Virus record (IMG/VR): IMGVR_UViG_3300024264_000019
Coordinates: 14,209-78,208 of that record
Strand: one strand, 5' to 3'
Length of the DNA: 64,000 nt
From: a virus
Below the pieces are notes generated by a model. That model searched no databases. It was given only the letters and a program-made list of their open reading frames with translations, and had not been told where the DNA came from. Shown here piece after piece: positions 36,404-46,047 of the stretch; positions within the stretch are counted from its first letter, which is position 1, and each line of letters opens with the position of its first letter. The translations under genes and the position numbers were made by a program.

Positions 36404-38263
36404 TTACTTTATAAACATTGGTGTAAATGTATTTAAAGCTTCTTCTTTATGATGAGTTATGTCTGTGTATATTTTTATCATCCAACTTCCAAGAATTAAA
36501 GCTGAGTAGCAATCTTTCCTAGCTTTACTTGGGCCAGTTGTTCTTTTTAATGTTAAAGGGAGGTCGAAAGTTTGATTCCCCTGGGGGGAGGATTTCACTT
36601 CGATTAAGGCGCACTGACCCTTTGTGTAGGACATCATATCGTGTTGATGTTCAATTAGGTCTATCATTTTAGCTCCATCGCTCTGCTTCTCTTCCTCCTC
36701 CGCAAAATTCATAAATTTTAAATTTTTTATGGGAATTTTTTTTCTCCTCTGTGATTGAAAGTGCTCGTCAGTAGCTTGAGATGCGAACCATATTCTCTTG
36801 TGGTCAAAATTAGCTTGCAGTAATTCATTAGCTCTGCGAATCCAATCTGAAGTTGGTTTTCTGAGTATGCATGGTATTCCTTCTTTTGAAAATTCTCTCT
36901 TGGCGTCTCTTAATGATTTTTGATAATTCTCTACATCATCAAATTCAGTTTCTATGTTGTTAATCTTAATACCAAAAGATTTAAATAAAGAACTTTCTTT
37001 TACCGCGCTCATGAATTGCACTCCTCCATTGTAATCACCTACAATAGCTATAATATTAAAATTATTTAATAAATAAGAAAAGTAATTAATATGATTTTTT
37101 AAAGTCTCCCCTGCCATTGCGTAAACATGAACCAGGGTCCCGATTCCCGTCTTTTTATCAAGTTTAAAGACTTGCATTGCAAAATCATCAGAGCTTTCTG
37201 ATTCAGCCCAACTTGGATCGAATGACAGAATATACTGATCCTCAAGTGACCCCTTTACTTCAACGCTGGGTGAAGACCCCTCCTCTATTGTACAATCTTG
37301 CATTTTAGAAATCTTAAAATAGCCAGAGCTATCATCAGTGAAGATCGCTCCAAACTCTCGGTCGTACTGACTTTGGCTCATTGTTGATTTTGCTTGTTCA
37401 ACAAGATTTTGATCATATAATTGTTTAGGTGCGCAATCGTATGAAAAGTGCATAATAGACCTACTGGCATTACTGTTATTTTCATTTAAGATTAATTGTT
37501 CAAAATTTTCATACAATTTGTATAAATATTCAAATTTATAACTAGCCGAGGAAAGCATTATTAATTTATTGTTAGGCCAGACGTATCGCTCCTCCTCCTT
37601 CATCTTTCCTTCTTTTATTAATTTTGTTTCAAGGTTGTGCATGTCCTCTCTTTCTTTTGGGTTTTGAACAACCGAAAGGAATGGCACAATAACTTCGTTG
37701 TAAATCCTTTCAGGCATCAATAGCATTTCATCGATAATTATCCTGTGAAATCTAAAACCTCTTAGCTTTGATCCGTCACCAAGCGGCAAAGCTCGTATGG
37801 AGCTGCTCCCTATCTCCATTACCCATTCGTCGTTTTGCTTTGATACTCTTGTGATGCAATTTGATAAATATTTTGCTTCTGGCTTTGCAGCAATATCTTC
37901 AATTTTTTTAAAAATCATCTTAGCCTGTCTGAAGGATTTTGATAATATACCTATATCTACTCCCTGATGCATTATAGCGTCCATAAAGGCGAAAATTCCA
38001 GTCGTCCAAGACTTAGACATACCTCTAGACCAGATACCTAAAAAATAGTCAGAATTGAACATAGCTTTTATAGCCATGTGCTGAAAAGGGAACAGGTCAA
38101 CTCCAGCTATTAAATTTGCAGAAAACGTAGTGTTCTCCCTCAAGAATTTGTAAAGTAATACTTTAGCTTCTTGCTCGTTTAAAAAACCTTCTTTTGATTT
38201 TATTTCTTTATTAATATCTTTCGTCAAGATGCTTCTGTTTTGATCGCCTGTTTCCCAAGTCAT
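36404..38263 (-). CDS. terL: Terminase large subunit
   Basis: Q-motif LFPFQ, Walker A SRGMSKS, LRGFR, Walker B IIIDE, RNase H-like SFDPS...DD, C-terminal KDCYSAL. Confidence 0.92.
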   Translation of the reverse strand: MTWETGDQNRSILTKDINKEIKSKEGFLNEQEAKVLLYKFLRENTTFSANLIAGVDLFPFQHMAIKAMFNSDYFLGIWSRGMSKSWTTGIFAFMDAIMHQGVDIGILSKSFRQAKMIFKKIEDIAAKPEAKYLSNCITRVSKQNDEWVMEIGSSSIRALPLGDGSKLRGFRFHRIIIDEMLLMPERIYNEVIVPFLSVVQNPKEREDMHNLETKLIKEGKMKEEERYVWPNNKLIMLSSASYKFEYLYKLYENFEQLILNENNSNASRSIMHFSYDCAPKQLYDQNLVEQAKSTMSQSQYDREFGAIFTDDSSGYFKISKMQDCTIEEGSSPSVEVKGSLEDQYILSFDPSWAESESSDDFAMQVFKLDKKTGIGTLVHVYAMAGETLKNHINYFSYLLNNFNIIAIVGDYNGGVQFMSAVKESSLFKSFGIKINNIETEFDDVENYQKSLRDAKREFSKEGIPCILRKPTSDWIRRANELLQANFDHKRIWFASQATDEHFQSQRRKKIPIKNLKFMNFAEEEEKQSDGAKMIDLIEHQHDMMSYTKGQCALIEVKSSPQGNQTFDLPLTLKRTTGPSKARKDCYSALILGSWMIKIYTDITHHKEEALNTFTPMFIK

Positions 38264-38276
38264 AATGTTTTATTTT

Positions 38277-39206
38277 TTATATTTTTAATGTTCTATTGTC
38301 TATATGATACTGAATATCTGACTTCCATATTTCTGGTCCAGCTTGCAAGAGTAATTTTATTAAATTTTCTGACCTCTTTCTTCCGCCTGAAAAAATAAAT
38401 TGACAATGATTTGCGAAGTTGTGAGATATTAATCTCATTTGATGCCATACGAATGCTAAATTTGATTTATGAGCTCCGTGGTTATTGTTTCTAATTATTT
38501 TATCAATAGAGCTTTCTATAACAATGTACATAAACGAATCAAAACTTACACACCTATCCATTTCCTTACAGAATCTATCATAACCAACTGTCATTGTTGA
38601 CTTGAAATCTGTTTCGCTTTTTCTGTCAATATAAGTACTACTATACATTTCTCCTGACGCTGTATAATCTCCAAAGTCTAATTTCTGCAAAGTGCTATTT
38701 GAAAAATTAAGGGGTTGCTGCTCTCTAGTGTCAATTAGTATCTCAAAATTGTTTAAATTTTTACTTTCTTTTAAAAATTTACTTTTTATACTTTTATTTA
38801 ATAATGGCTCAACCTGAAGCCTGCGACAGGCTTCATTATATGAACCAAAAAACTCTTTATATATCTTTATCTCAGGTAGCTCAAGTAATTTTAATTCTAA
38901 ATGATTAGGCGCGTATTTTAAATTTTTACTAACTATTCTATTTTTTAACATTAATAATAATATTTGTTGCACGTGCTCATGGTCAGCTGTTGCTGCCCAC
39001 TTTTCTAATTCAACGCTATTAGAAAAAAAGGTATTAAAATATTGCTCTTTATTTTTAAAAGGAATCAATTCATTGGTATATAAATTATATCTAGGATAAT
39101 ATGTAATATAATATTCAGATAATAGTATGCCATGAGCCTTAATATGAGTATGTAAGGATCTTTCGGATTTAAACTCCGCTTCGCATATTTTACATTTTAC
39201 ACTCAA
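38277..39206 (-). CDS. C2H2 zinc finger plus ERCC4 (XPF/Mus81-type) nuclease domain protein
   Basis: CKIC...HTHIKAH; IDTREQ, LDFGDY and DRKS..DF motifs. Confidence 0.8.
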   Translation of the reverse strand: MSVKCKICEAEFKSERSLHTHIKAHGILLSEYYITYYPRYNLYTNELIPFKNKEQYFNTFFSNSVELEKWAATADHEHVQQILLLMLKNRIVSKNLKYAPNHLELKLLELPEIKIYKEFFGSYNEACRRLQVEPLLNKSIKSKFLKESKNLNNFEILIDTREQQPLNFSNSTLQKLDFGDYTASGEMYSSTYIDRKSETDFKSTMTVGYDRFCKEMDRCVSFDSFMYIVIESSIDKIIRNNNHGAHKSNLAFVWHQMRLISHNFANHCQFIFSGGRKRSENLIKLLLQAGPEIWKSDIQYHIDNRTLKI

Positions 39207-39306
39207 CGCAATTAAATTTGTTTGTTTTTAAAAAAGATAAATGACTCTCCAATTGCCTTTAATGGCAACAAGAGATTTAGATACCGCGAAAACTTCCTGT
39301 AGAAGG

Positions 39307-40356
39307 TCATACAACGTCTCCCTTCGATATCCCTAGTACTCTAGCCTTCCAAGAGTCCATACTCTCCAAATTGGTAGCTTCTTGATCGATTAGCATTTTT
39401 TGCTTCTCAGCCATGTCTACCATTCTTTCCCTGTCTGCTTCATTTTGAAAAGTTCTAACTAATGATAATATAGATGCATTATCTTTATGTTTATTTTTAA
39501 CTCTTTCTTTTCTATCTCCATTTAATCTCGCTATCAATGTCTCTTGTCTCTTTTCACATTGATTATACTCTTCACTTTTTGTTTTTAATAATTCTGCTAA
39601 TCTAACAGTCATATCTCTTTGATCCTCACACTCTTCAAACATTCTATTTAATTTATCTATAGCTTTACTTATATTTTTTAAATGTATATAATCCATACAA
39701 ACATTAATATATAAATTTAATTCATCACTAGTTAAGTCTGGTTTATCCCATACAGATCTTATATATTCAGCTTCGAATAAATGTCTATCATCCATAGCGC
39801 TATATGTGTTAACAACCTGAAGGAATCTAGGAGCTGACAAAAACTTAATGGTATTCTCTAAATGATCCAAGTCGTTTCTTGTCAACTCTTTTTCTGTTAA
39901 TTCTTCTTGGCAGTATTCGTTAACCTTTTTAATCACTCTTGAAATTGATTTTGGCGCGAAATACTGAGCGTTCATAGCGCTTTCGTCTGGATGTAAGAGC
40001 CTTTGATCAATATCTTCTATGAATTTAGCCACTTCCGTAACCTCTTTCGTTAAATTTGTTACGTTTATGTCTGGAAATAATATTTTAGATATCTCGTAAG
40101 AGCTCATTCCTTCTTTAGCGTACTGAACTATAAACTCTTTTTGCTCTTGATTAAATTCAACATCTTCTCTTTTTTCCTTCTCTGTAGTTTTGTAATTTAA
40201 CTTTTTATCCACTAAGAATTTCCTGACAGCTCTCCCCTCTTTAGTTCTTCCGTCTAAGCTTTCATCCTTAAAGGTTTGTCTAGTTAATTTTATTAAGTCG
40301 TTGATTTTATCAAAGTTATTAGTGATAAATTCTTTTTGTTCTTCTGATAATTTCAT
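39307..40356 (-). CDS. Hypothetical protein (possible terminase small subunit/HTH)
   Basis: HTH-like GMSSYEISKILF, C-terminal coiled coil, close to TerL. Confidence 0.4.
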   Translation of the reverse strand: MKLSEEQKEFITNNFDKINDLIKLTRQTFKDESLDGRTKEGRAVRKFLVDKKLNYKTTEKEKREDVEFNQEQKEFIVQYAKEGMSSYEISKILFPDINVTNLTKEVTEVAKFIEDIDQRLLHPDESAMNAQYFAPKSISRVIKKVNEYCQEELTEKELTRNDLDHLENTIKFLSAPRFLQVVNTYSAMDDRHLFEAEYIRSVWDKPDLTSDELNLYINVCMDYIHLKNISKAIDKLNRMFEECEDQRDMTVRLAELLKTKSEEYNQCEKRQETLIARLNGDRKERVKNKHKDNASILSLVRTFQNEADRERMVDMAEKQKMLIDQEATNLESMDSWKARVLGISKGDVV

Positions 40357-41084
40357 ATTATATCGTTTCTATTTATTAATTTTTTAGCTAAATTTTTAAA
40401 AGTTTTCTCAAAATTTTTAATCTGCTTGTATCCAGCGCTTCGACCTCTTTCACTAGTTTTGTATCCCAATTTTTCAGCAGCTTTATTTATGTCTAAATTT
40501 TTAATGTATAGCATTTCATATATAGTGTATTGTTTTTCATTTAAAGTTTGCTTCATTAATTTATGAAGTTTTTTACTAGCAATATCAATATCAAAAGAGT
40601 TGTTGCATTTTTGCTGAAAGTCTTCAGTATCTAAGCTAGATGCTGTGTTTATATGAAATGAATGTTTTTTTGTTTTATTCCATTTCTTGAATAAAGGGCA
40701 AGATGTATCTTGTTTTCCGCTTTTAGTCCAACTGCAAGTGTTATTCGATTCGTTAATGTTATCAATTGAACCCCCCGAATTAAATGGGCACCTTCCACAA
40801 GGTCTCAAGAAGTTACCGTAGGTATTTCTTAATAAATTTTTAATTTGGTTTGATATAATTCTATTAAGCCAAGGATCTAAGCTTCTACTTTGATCCCATA
40901 ATCCCCACTTAATGTAAACATGATTAGATATGATTTGCTTTACATCTTCCCAATCTATCCAGGGCGAACTACTTAAAAACCAACTTTTTTTCCGAGATTC
41001 AATTTTTTGAATTACGTGGTCGTATTTATCCTCGAAGGTTACTTTTTTAGGTTTAAGCTTCTTCTTCGGTTGATCTTTGCTCAT
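40353..41084 (-). CDS. ECF-type sigma-70 family-like factor with a Cys4 insertion
   Basis: Region 2-like DWEDVKQ...WDQSRSLDPWLNRIISNQIKN; region 4-like LNEKQYTIYEMLYIKNLDINKAAEKLG; CGRC..C..C insert; start moved to 41084. Confidence 0.7.
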   Translation of the reverse strand: MSKDQPKKKLKPKKVTFEDKYDHVIQKIESRKKSWFLSSSPWIDWEDVKQIISNHVYIKWGLWDQSRSLDPWLNRIISNQIKNLLRNTYGNFLRPCGRCPFNSGGSIDNINESNNTCSWTKSGKQDTSCPLFKKWNKTKKHSFHINTASSLDTEDFQQKCNNSFDIDIASKKLHKLMKQTLNEKQYTIYEMLYIKNLDINKAAEKLGYKTSERGRSAGYKQIKNFEKTFKNLAKKLINRNDII

Positions 41085-41358
41085 GTGGCAACTTGCCAGC
41101 AATCTCTTCAAAAGTAAAAGTTCTTTTTTCAGCTATATCTATATCATATTGAAGTCTACTGATGTTTGGCACGTAATCTATGTTTGTAGTATCATCGCTA
41201 TTTATAGCGTCAGATACGTTGTGTGAATTCGCAACGGAACCTTTTGTTATTTTTTTAACAAGTTTATTGAGAGGTTCCCCACAATGACTACAAAACTTTG
41301 GCTCAATGCCAATGTAACTATTTTTCGCTCCACATGATTTACAATATTTAACGCTCAT
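41053..41358 (-). CDS. Zinc-ribbon protein
   Basis: YCKSCG...KFCSHCGEPL. Confidence 0.75.
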   Translation of the reverse strand: MSVKYCKSCGAKNSYIGIEPKFCSHCGEPLNKLVKKITKGSVANSHNVSDAINSDDTTNIDYVPNISRLQYDIDIAEKRTFTFEEIAGKLPHEQRSTEEEA

Positions 41359-41588
41359 TCTATAATATATATTATTTTATTTTCACTAGCTTTAGAATAA
41401 AACCTAGGGTTATCACTATTATCTAATTTTTGACTATTTATAATAACAATGTTATTAGCGTTTACATTTAATTCTTTAACTAAATCACTAATTGTTTCTT
41501 GTTTCTTTTTTTTGATTCTAGAAGCGTTTAAACAAGCAACTGTAATAGCGGAAAGAGCTCCGATAAGAGAAGATATAATAATTTCCAT
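41355..41588 (-). CDS. Small protein with an N-terminal transmembrane helix
   Basis: IIISSLIGALSAITVACL followed by KKKK. Confidence 0.6.
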   Translation of the reverse strand: MEIIISSLIGALSAITVACLNASRIKKKKQETISDLVKELNVNANNIVIINSQKLDNSDNPRFYSKASENKIIYIIE

Positions 41589-41628
41589 ACGTTATATATA
41601 ATAAGCATTTATCATAGATAATTCAATT

Positions 41629-41820
41629 TTAAATTCTTTCAATAGTTTTAGCTTCAAGTTTAAGCGTTCCTTTTTTAAATAAACCTTCATTATTATCAAG
41701 CAAAATAATAACAAAAGTTTTCCCATGATCGTCAAACCCTATTTGTGTATAAATTTTAATTACTTTTCCCGACTTAATGTCATTATCATAATGAAATTTA
41801 ATATAATCCCCCTCTTTCAT
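41629..41820 (-). CDS. Small hypothetical protein (SH3/KOW-like)
   Basis: MKEGDYIKF...GKVIKI; ATGA overlap with the upstream stop. Confidence 0.55.
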   Translation of the reverse strand: MKEGDYIKFHYDNDIKSGKVIKIYTQIGFDDHGKTFVIILLDNNEGLFKKGTLKLEAKTIERI

Positions 41821-43022
41821 TTTTGTTCGTTTTGAAATTTTTTGTCCCAATCTACATTGCCATTCTCATCTATGTATGGTGGTTTAGGTACGTCCACTTG
41901 TTGACTGCATTGGTACAACCCAACAGCTCCAACGAATAGCGCAAACGCGCTCAAGACAATCCAGGCGATATATTTCTTAAACCAATCTTTAAATTTTAAT
42001 TCAGGCTTAGGCTCTGGTTCAGGCTTAGGCTTAGGCTCTGGTTCAGGCTTAGGCTTAGGCTCTGGTTCAGGCTTAGGCTCTGGTTTAGAATCTTCAATAA
42101 TCAAATCTTTAACATTTACGATTCCGTGCCCCCAGTAATTATCCTTACCTGAATCGCCTTTATCAATTGTATATTTCAATAAATGTTCTTTTATTTGATC
42201 TACGGTTTTGCAATCATTTTGCCCAGATTCCTTTTCTTGTTTTTTATGTTTTGATAGCATGAGAGCAACAATTCCAACCATAAAAGGACAAGCCATGGAA
42301 GTGCCGCTTAGTACTGCATATGAATTATTTAAAAACGTGCTGTACACATTAACCCCTGGGGCAGCCCAATCCACTTCTGGACCTTTAGATGAAAACGAAG
42401 CGATCCTGCCCATTTCATCATACGCGGCAACAGCAATTGTCTCCTCATAAGCTGCGGGCCAGTTAACTCCTGAGTGGCCACTGTTTCCCGCCGCGCAAAT
42501 TACAGGTATATTCATTTCATATAAAGTTTTAATTTTTTGCTCAATTAATGCGTGCGGACGAGATGACCCTAGGCTCATTGATACAATGTCAGGTTTTTCG
42601 TCGATAGCGTATTCCAAAGCTTTAACAAGACCATCAAATGTACCTGACCCGTTTTTATTTAAAGCTTTCACTGATACGCATGTTGACCTAGGCGCTACGC
42701 CAACCATTCCGAATTTATTATTTTTTGAACATATAATTCCAGTGCAATGACTTTGGTGCCCATTTAGATCTTCATGAGGCTCATTTAGTATAAAATTTTC
42801 ACCAATCTTTGCGTTATCACCTATATCTTCATGAACGGGGTGTCCAGTGTCAATAACAATTATTTTCACCCCTTCTCCTTTGGTAATCTTCCAAGTTTCT
42901 GGAATCTTAGACTGTTTAACTCCCCAATCAATAATTTGATTTTTACTCAAATCATTAATTTCTTCTATACATATTATTGGTAGAGAAGTCTTAATTTTGT
43001 TTAATTCTTTATAGTTATACAT
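41817..43022 (-). CDS. Subtilisin-like (S8) serine protease with a PEPK linker and C-terminal transmembrane anchor
   Basis: Catalytic motifs VIDTG, NGHQSHCTG and GTSMA; oxyanion AAGNSG. Confidence 0.93.
   Translation of the reverse strand: MYNYKELNKIKTSLPIICIEEINDLSKNQIIDWGVKQSKIPETWKITKGEGVKIIVIDTGHPVHEDIGDNAKIGENFILNEPHEDLNGHQSHCTGIICSKNNKFGMVGVAPRSTCVSVKALNKNGSGTFDGLVKALEYAIDEKPDIVSMSLGSSRPHALIEQKIKTLYEMNIPVICAAGNSGHSGVNWPAAYEETIAVAAYDEMGRIASFSSKGPEVDWAAPGVNVYSTFLNNSYAVLSGTSMACPFMVGIVALMLSKHKKQEKESGQNDCKTVDQIKEHLLKYTIDKGDSGKDNYWGHGIVNVKDLIIEDSKPEPKPEPEPKPKPEPEPKPKPEPEPKPELKFKDWFKKYIAWIVLSAFALFVGAVGLYQCSQQVDVPKPPYIDENGNVDWDKKFQNEQK
42001..42087. repeat. Tandem repeat encoding (PEPEPKPK)n
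   Basis: tcaggcttaggcttaggctctggt units. Confidence 0.9.
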
Positions 43023-43244
43023 ACATATACATACACAATATTACTGTATATATATTTATGGAATTTTTACAATTAAATATTAATCCCAATTACCTTTAGT
43101 GGGGTAATTTTTAAACTTGCCCCAATCAACGCTAAAAGCGAATTCTTCACTATCATCATTTATTTCAGTTTTGATTTCAGCTTTTTTCAGGTGAAAATAT
43201 TTTAGTAGAGTTTTTTTAAAGATTGTATATTGTACTTTATTTAT

Positions 43245-43970
43245 TTATAATTCTTCTAATTTTTTAACTATATATTTTAATATTTCGCTTCTCTTAATGT
43301 CTTTATGAGTGAAGTGAAAATTATATATTCCTTGATTAGCACTATCTTCATCATCAAAAGCGCTTGTTATAGACTGGAAGCCGCTTTTTCCGTTAATATC
43401 GCTTTGCATTGGATCTCCACAGATTAACATTTTCGTATTCTCTCCGATTCTTGTTAATAGCGTAATAAGTTCTTTGGTTGTGAAATTTTGAGATTCATCA
43501 GCTATTATGACTTGATCCTTGAAACTAGCTCCTCTGAGATAGTTTATTGGCATCGCAGATACAATATTCTTACTTAGCATCATTCTGGATTCTGAAGGGC
43601 TTGTAAGCTCATGTAGCTTGTCAGTTAAAGGCATCATGAATGGACAAAACTTTTCATCAATCGACCCAGGAAGAGCTCCCATTCCTCTATCTGCGCTTTC
43701 TATAATAGATCGAATATAACTAATGCCATAATCGTTGTTCATGTTAAACAAGTGTAACGCGGCGTAGATCGCCATAAAGGTCTTACTCGTTCCAGCGGGG
43801 CCAGATATGAATACTATTTTCGTTTTTTTATCAAAAATAATTTTCAGTAATTCATTTTGTTTTTCAGTAAATTCAATTTTTTTTGTTTTAATCTTGATTT
43901 TACCCATAGAATTAACTATTTCATTTATATCTTCATCATTAACAATTTCAGATTTTTTCTTTCTTGGCAT
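43245..43970 (-). CDS. phoH: PhoH family ATPase
   Basis: GPAGTSKT, MGALPG, YLRGASF, DESQN, TRIGE..K...GD..QSD. Confidence 0.92.
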   Translation of the reverse strand: MPRKKKSEIVNDEDINEIVNSMGKIKIKTKKIEFTEKQNELLKIIFDKKTKIVFISGPAGTSKTFMAIYAALHLFNMNNDYGISYIRSIIESADRGMGALPGSIDEKFCPFMMPLTDKLHELTSPSESRMMLSKNIVSAMPINYLRGASFKDQVIIADESQNFTTKELITLLTRIGENTKMLICGDPMQSDINGKSGFQSITSAFDDEDSANQGIYNFHFTHKDIKRSEILKYIVKKLEEL

Positions 43971-44237
43971 ATGTATTTATAGTATAGTGTTACCACATTT
44001 AAATTTCAATGGATATTTAAATGGTCTACATTTTATATGTACACGATTTTTTTTGAAAAAGCAATTGTAAACGTTAACTCTTGCGTGACTTTTTGAGAAA
44101 AACCACCCCCCTCGTTAAATAAGGGTGGCGGGGGGCTAAAAAATTCAAAAAACGGGGGTGGGATCGTGCAATAAAATAATTGAATCTTTTTTGCCTTTAT
44201 GCTTGCAATTCAATGGGCAAAGCCTTAGTTTATATAC

Positions 44238-44453
44238 ATGAACATTACTAAAGGATTAAAAGTCGGAAGCCTATATCATTCACGGGCAAATAATAAAGTC
44301 GTGCGTCTCGTTTCACTTGATCGCATTAAAGGTGGCTTGCAAGTTGCAACAATCAAGCATCACAAACAAGATCATTTGTTTGAATCGGAGGTTTACATCT
44401 CTGACTTAATCAAGGCAACTACTGAACAAGTCAAGGCTTACTTTAAAAGGTAA
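44238..44453 (+). CDS. Early hypothetical protein (leaderless)
   Basis: TTGCAA-17-TAGTTT-6-ATG. Confidence 0.75.
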   Translation: MNITKGLKVGSLYHSRANNKVVRLVSLDRIKGGLQVATIKHHKQDHLFESEVYISDLIKATTEQVKAYFKR

Positions 44454-44490
44454 GTCTTGACACGACAAACAATAAAAGCCATAATTAGGA

Positions 44491-44664
44491 ATGATTAAAA
44501 TAATAAGAAACCCAAACTTTGCCGAATGGCTCGACATTAAAGTATTCGACAAACTAATCGACAACGCCAAGACACAGGCGAAAGCTATGAAAATAGCCGA
44601 GCAAGTCAAAAGCAAAAACCCACATTTTCAAATTGTAACAATAGAGGAAAAGACAAATGCGTAA
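44491..44664 (+). CDS. 57-aa ORF not in the track (MIKIIRNPNFAEWLDIKVFDKLIDNAK...)
   Basis: TTGACA-17-CATAAT-5-ATG; similar to 57533..57727. Confidence 0.75.
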   Translation: MIKIIRNPNFAEWLDIKVFDKLIDNAKTQAKAMKIAEQVKSKNPHFQIVTIEEKTNA

Positions 44665-44962
44665 AGTAACAGAGCAAATAAAGCAAGCCTTCAATCAAGG
44701 CTTATCTAAAAAAGTCGGCAACACAAGAACAGACGGCAATAGCGTTTTCTTGCATGGTAACGAGATAATAAAGCGTGATGCAAGCGGGCTTGTAATGGCT
44801 ACCCTTGCAGGGTGGAATACTCCCACAACAAGAGAAAGGATCAATGGCATAACAGGATTAGGCATTTATCAAAAGAACTTCGTTCCTATGTTAAACGGGC
44901 AAGAAGTTGATTCATACGATTGGCTAGTTCATACGACCAATACAGAGGAGGGTACAATATGA
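44657..44962 (+). CDS. Conserved-looking small phage early protein
   Basis: LHGNEI...GWNTPTTRERINGI motif; coupled to the upstream ORF. Confidence 0.7.
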   Translation: MRKVTEQIKQAFNQGLSKKVGNTRTDGNSVFLHGNEIIKRDASGLVMATLAGWNTPTTRERINGITGLGIYQKNFVPMLNGQEVDSYDWLVHTTNTEEGTI

Positions 44963-45023
44963 CTTGCATAATCCTCTTATCAGTTGCACTATACCTCTAT
45001 TCACTTTAATTAAAACGCTCTCC

Positions 45024-45094
45024 TAAGTCGCTGATAGTCAGGCACTTAGGCGGGCGGCTGCCGCCCTCGTAAGTGATTGGTAAACAACGACTTG
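45024..45094. repeat. Dyad element R1
   Basis: TAAGTCGCTGATAGTCAGGCACTTA-ggcgggc-GGCTGCC-gccctcg-TAAGTGATTGGTAAACAACGACTTG. Confidence 0.95.
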
Positions 45095-45210
45095 CGAAAG
45101 CCTTGTTCATAAACCATGCCAATTCACGCAGTATAATAATGCAATAAAATAACTGCAATATAATTGCGAATAAATTTGACTTTAGTTAAAAAAAGCCTTA
45201 GTTTATATAT

Positions 45211-45561
45211 ATGAAATCATTATACAACACAGACACAGAAGAATTCACTTTTAGCTTTATCATGTGCATTGAGGGTAAATCCTACCGAGTCGAGGCAGTA
45301 GCTTGTCAAGACGACATCCTGTTGAGCGATCAATATCGCCCCGAATACATTGACGCATACATGGCTAAATTGACAAACGAAAAAACAAACGAATTGACAG
45401 AGTCAAATGTCTACAAAAATACAGATCTTTTAAAGGTTGTAAGCGACAAACTTACAGAAAGGCTAATTACGAACGCGAGCAAAACTTGGTTTGTTACTGA
45501 TGCCCCAAGGCTTTTCCTTGAGCAATTCGATACTCGCCTAGAAATAATGTTTAATAAATAA
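45211..45561 (+). CDS. Early hypothetical protein (leaderless)
   Basis: TTGACT-17-TAGTTT-6-ATG. Confidence 0.75.
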   Translation: MKSLYNTDTEEFTFSFIMCIEGKSYRVEAVACQDDILLSDQYRPEYIDAYMAKLTNEKTNELTESNVYKNTDLLKVVSDKLTERLITNASKTWFVTDAPRLFLEQFDTRLEIMFNK

Positions 45562-45608
45562 CCACAAATAAATTTGACTTTAGTTAAAAAATAAACGATA
45601 GTATAAGT

Positions 45609-45824
45609 ATGACAGAAAGAGAAATAAAATCAAAAATTAGAGACTTAAAGAATCGATTAGATGCCGACCATTATGAAAGAGGCGTCGGGTTTGTACCTGC
45701 TAAGGGTTCAACTCGCGAATGGATCTTATCTAGCTTAGAAACCTTCGAGAAGATGTTGCCAAGAGCAAAGCATGACGACCAAGTAGCTCTTTATGGTTGG
45801 AGATCAGTCGAAAGAAACGCTTAA
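45609..45824 (+). CDS. Early hypothetical protein
   Basis: TTGACT begins 35 nt before the ATG. Confidence 0.7.
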   Translation: MTEREIKSKIRDLKNRLDADHYERGVGFVPAKGSTREWILSSLETFEKMLPRAKHDDQVALYGWRSVERNA

Positions 45825-45843
45825 ACCACTTAAACCAAAAATC

Positions 45844-46044
45844 ATGACAGACACACTAAAGCAAGAAAAAAGAAGGCTTCAAGCCATCATTGACAACAAT
45901 AACAACGAAGCAGAAAATGGATCTGCTTCGGCTCAAATGCAAGTAATATCTGCACAGGCGGATCTTGACAGAATCGCACAGAGTGAGCTTGCTCAGTATA
46001 TAGCAAGCACGCCTTTACCTAAACCTTTAATCTTAGTAGACTAA
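45844..46044 (+). CDS. Early hypothetical protein
   Basis: Start moved to MTDTLKQEK. Confidence 0.6.
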   Translation: MTDTLKQEKRRLQAIIDNNNNEAENGSASAQMQVISAQADLDRIAQSELAQYIASTPLPKPLILVD

Positions 46045-46047
46045 GCC

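Larger units (their letters stand above)
4654..43036 (-). promoter_or_regulatory. Recurrent GTGTA motif upstream of late genes (candidate late promoter)
   Basis: Plus-strand TACAC at 4654, 21431, 24348, 30522, 34246, 36372 and 43032; 9-10 nt before the ATG in four cases and 20-25 nt in three. Confidence 0.65.

Noticed and set aside
36404-38263. Intein or intron in TerL, or alternative genetic code
   Set aside because: TerL has a normal length with contiguous motifs, and long genes read through intact under code 11 with TAA, TAG and TGA all used as stops.
648-44070. Plus-strand ORFs of 60-146 aa in the late region (e.g. 14127..14543, 28512..28838)
   Set aside because: They are antisense shadows of long minus-strand genes or of tandem repeats, with no expression signals.
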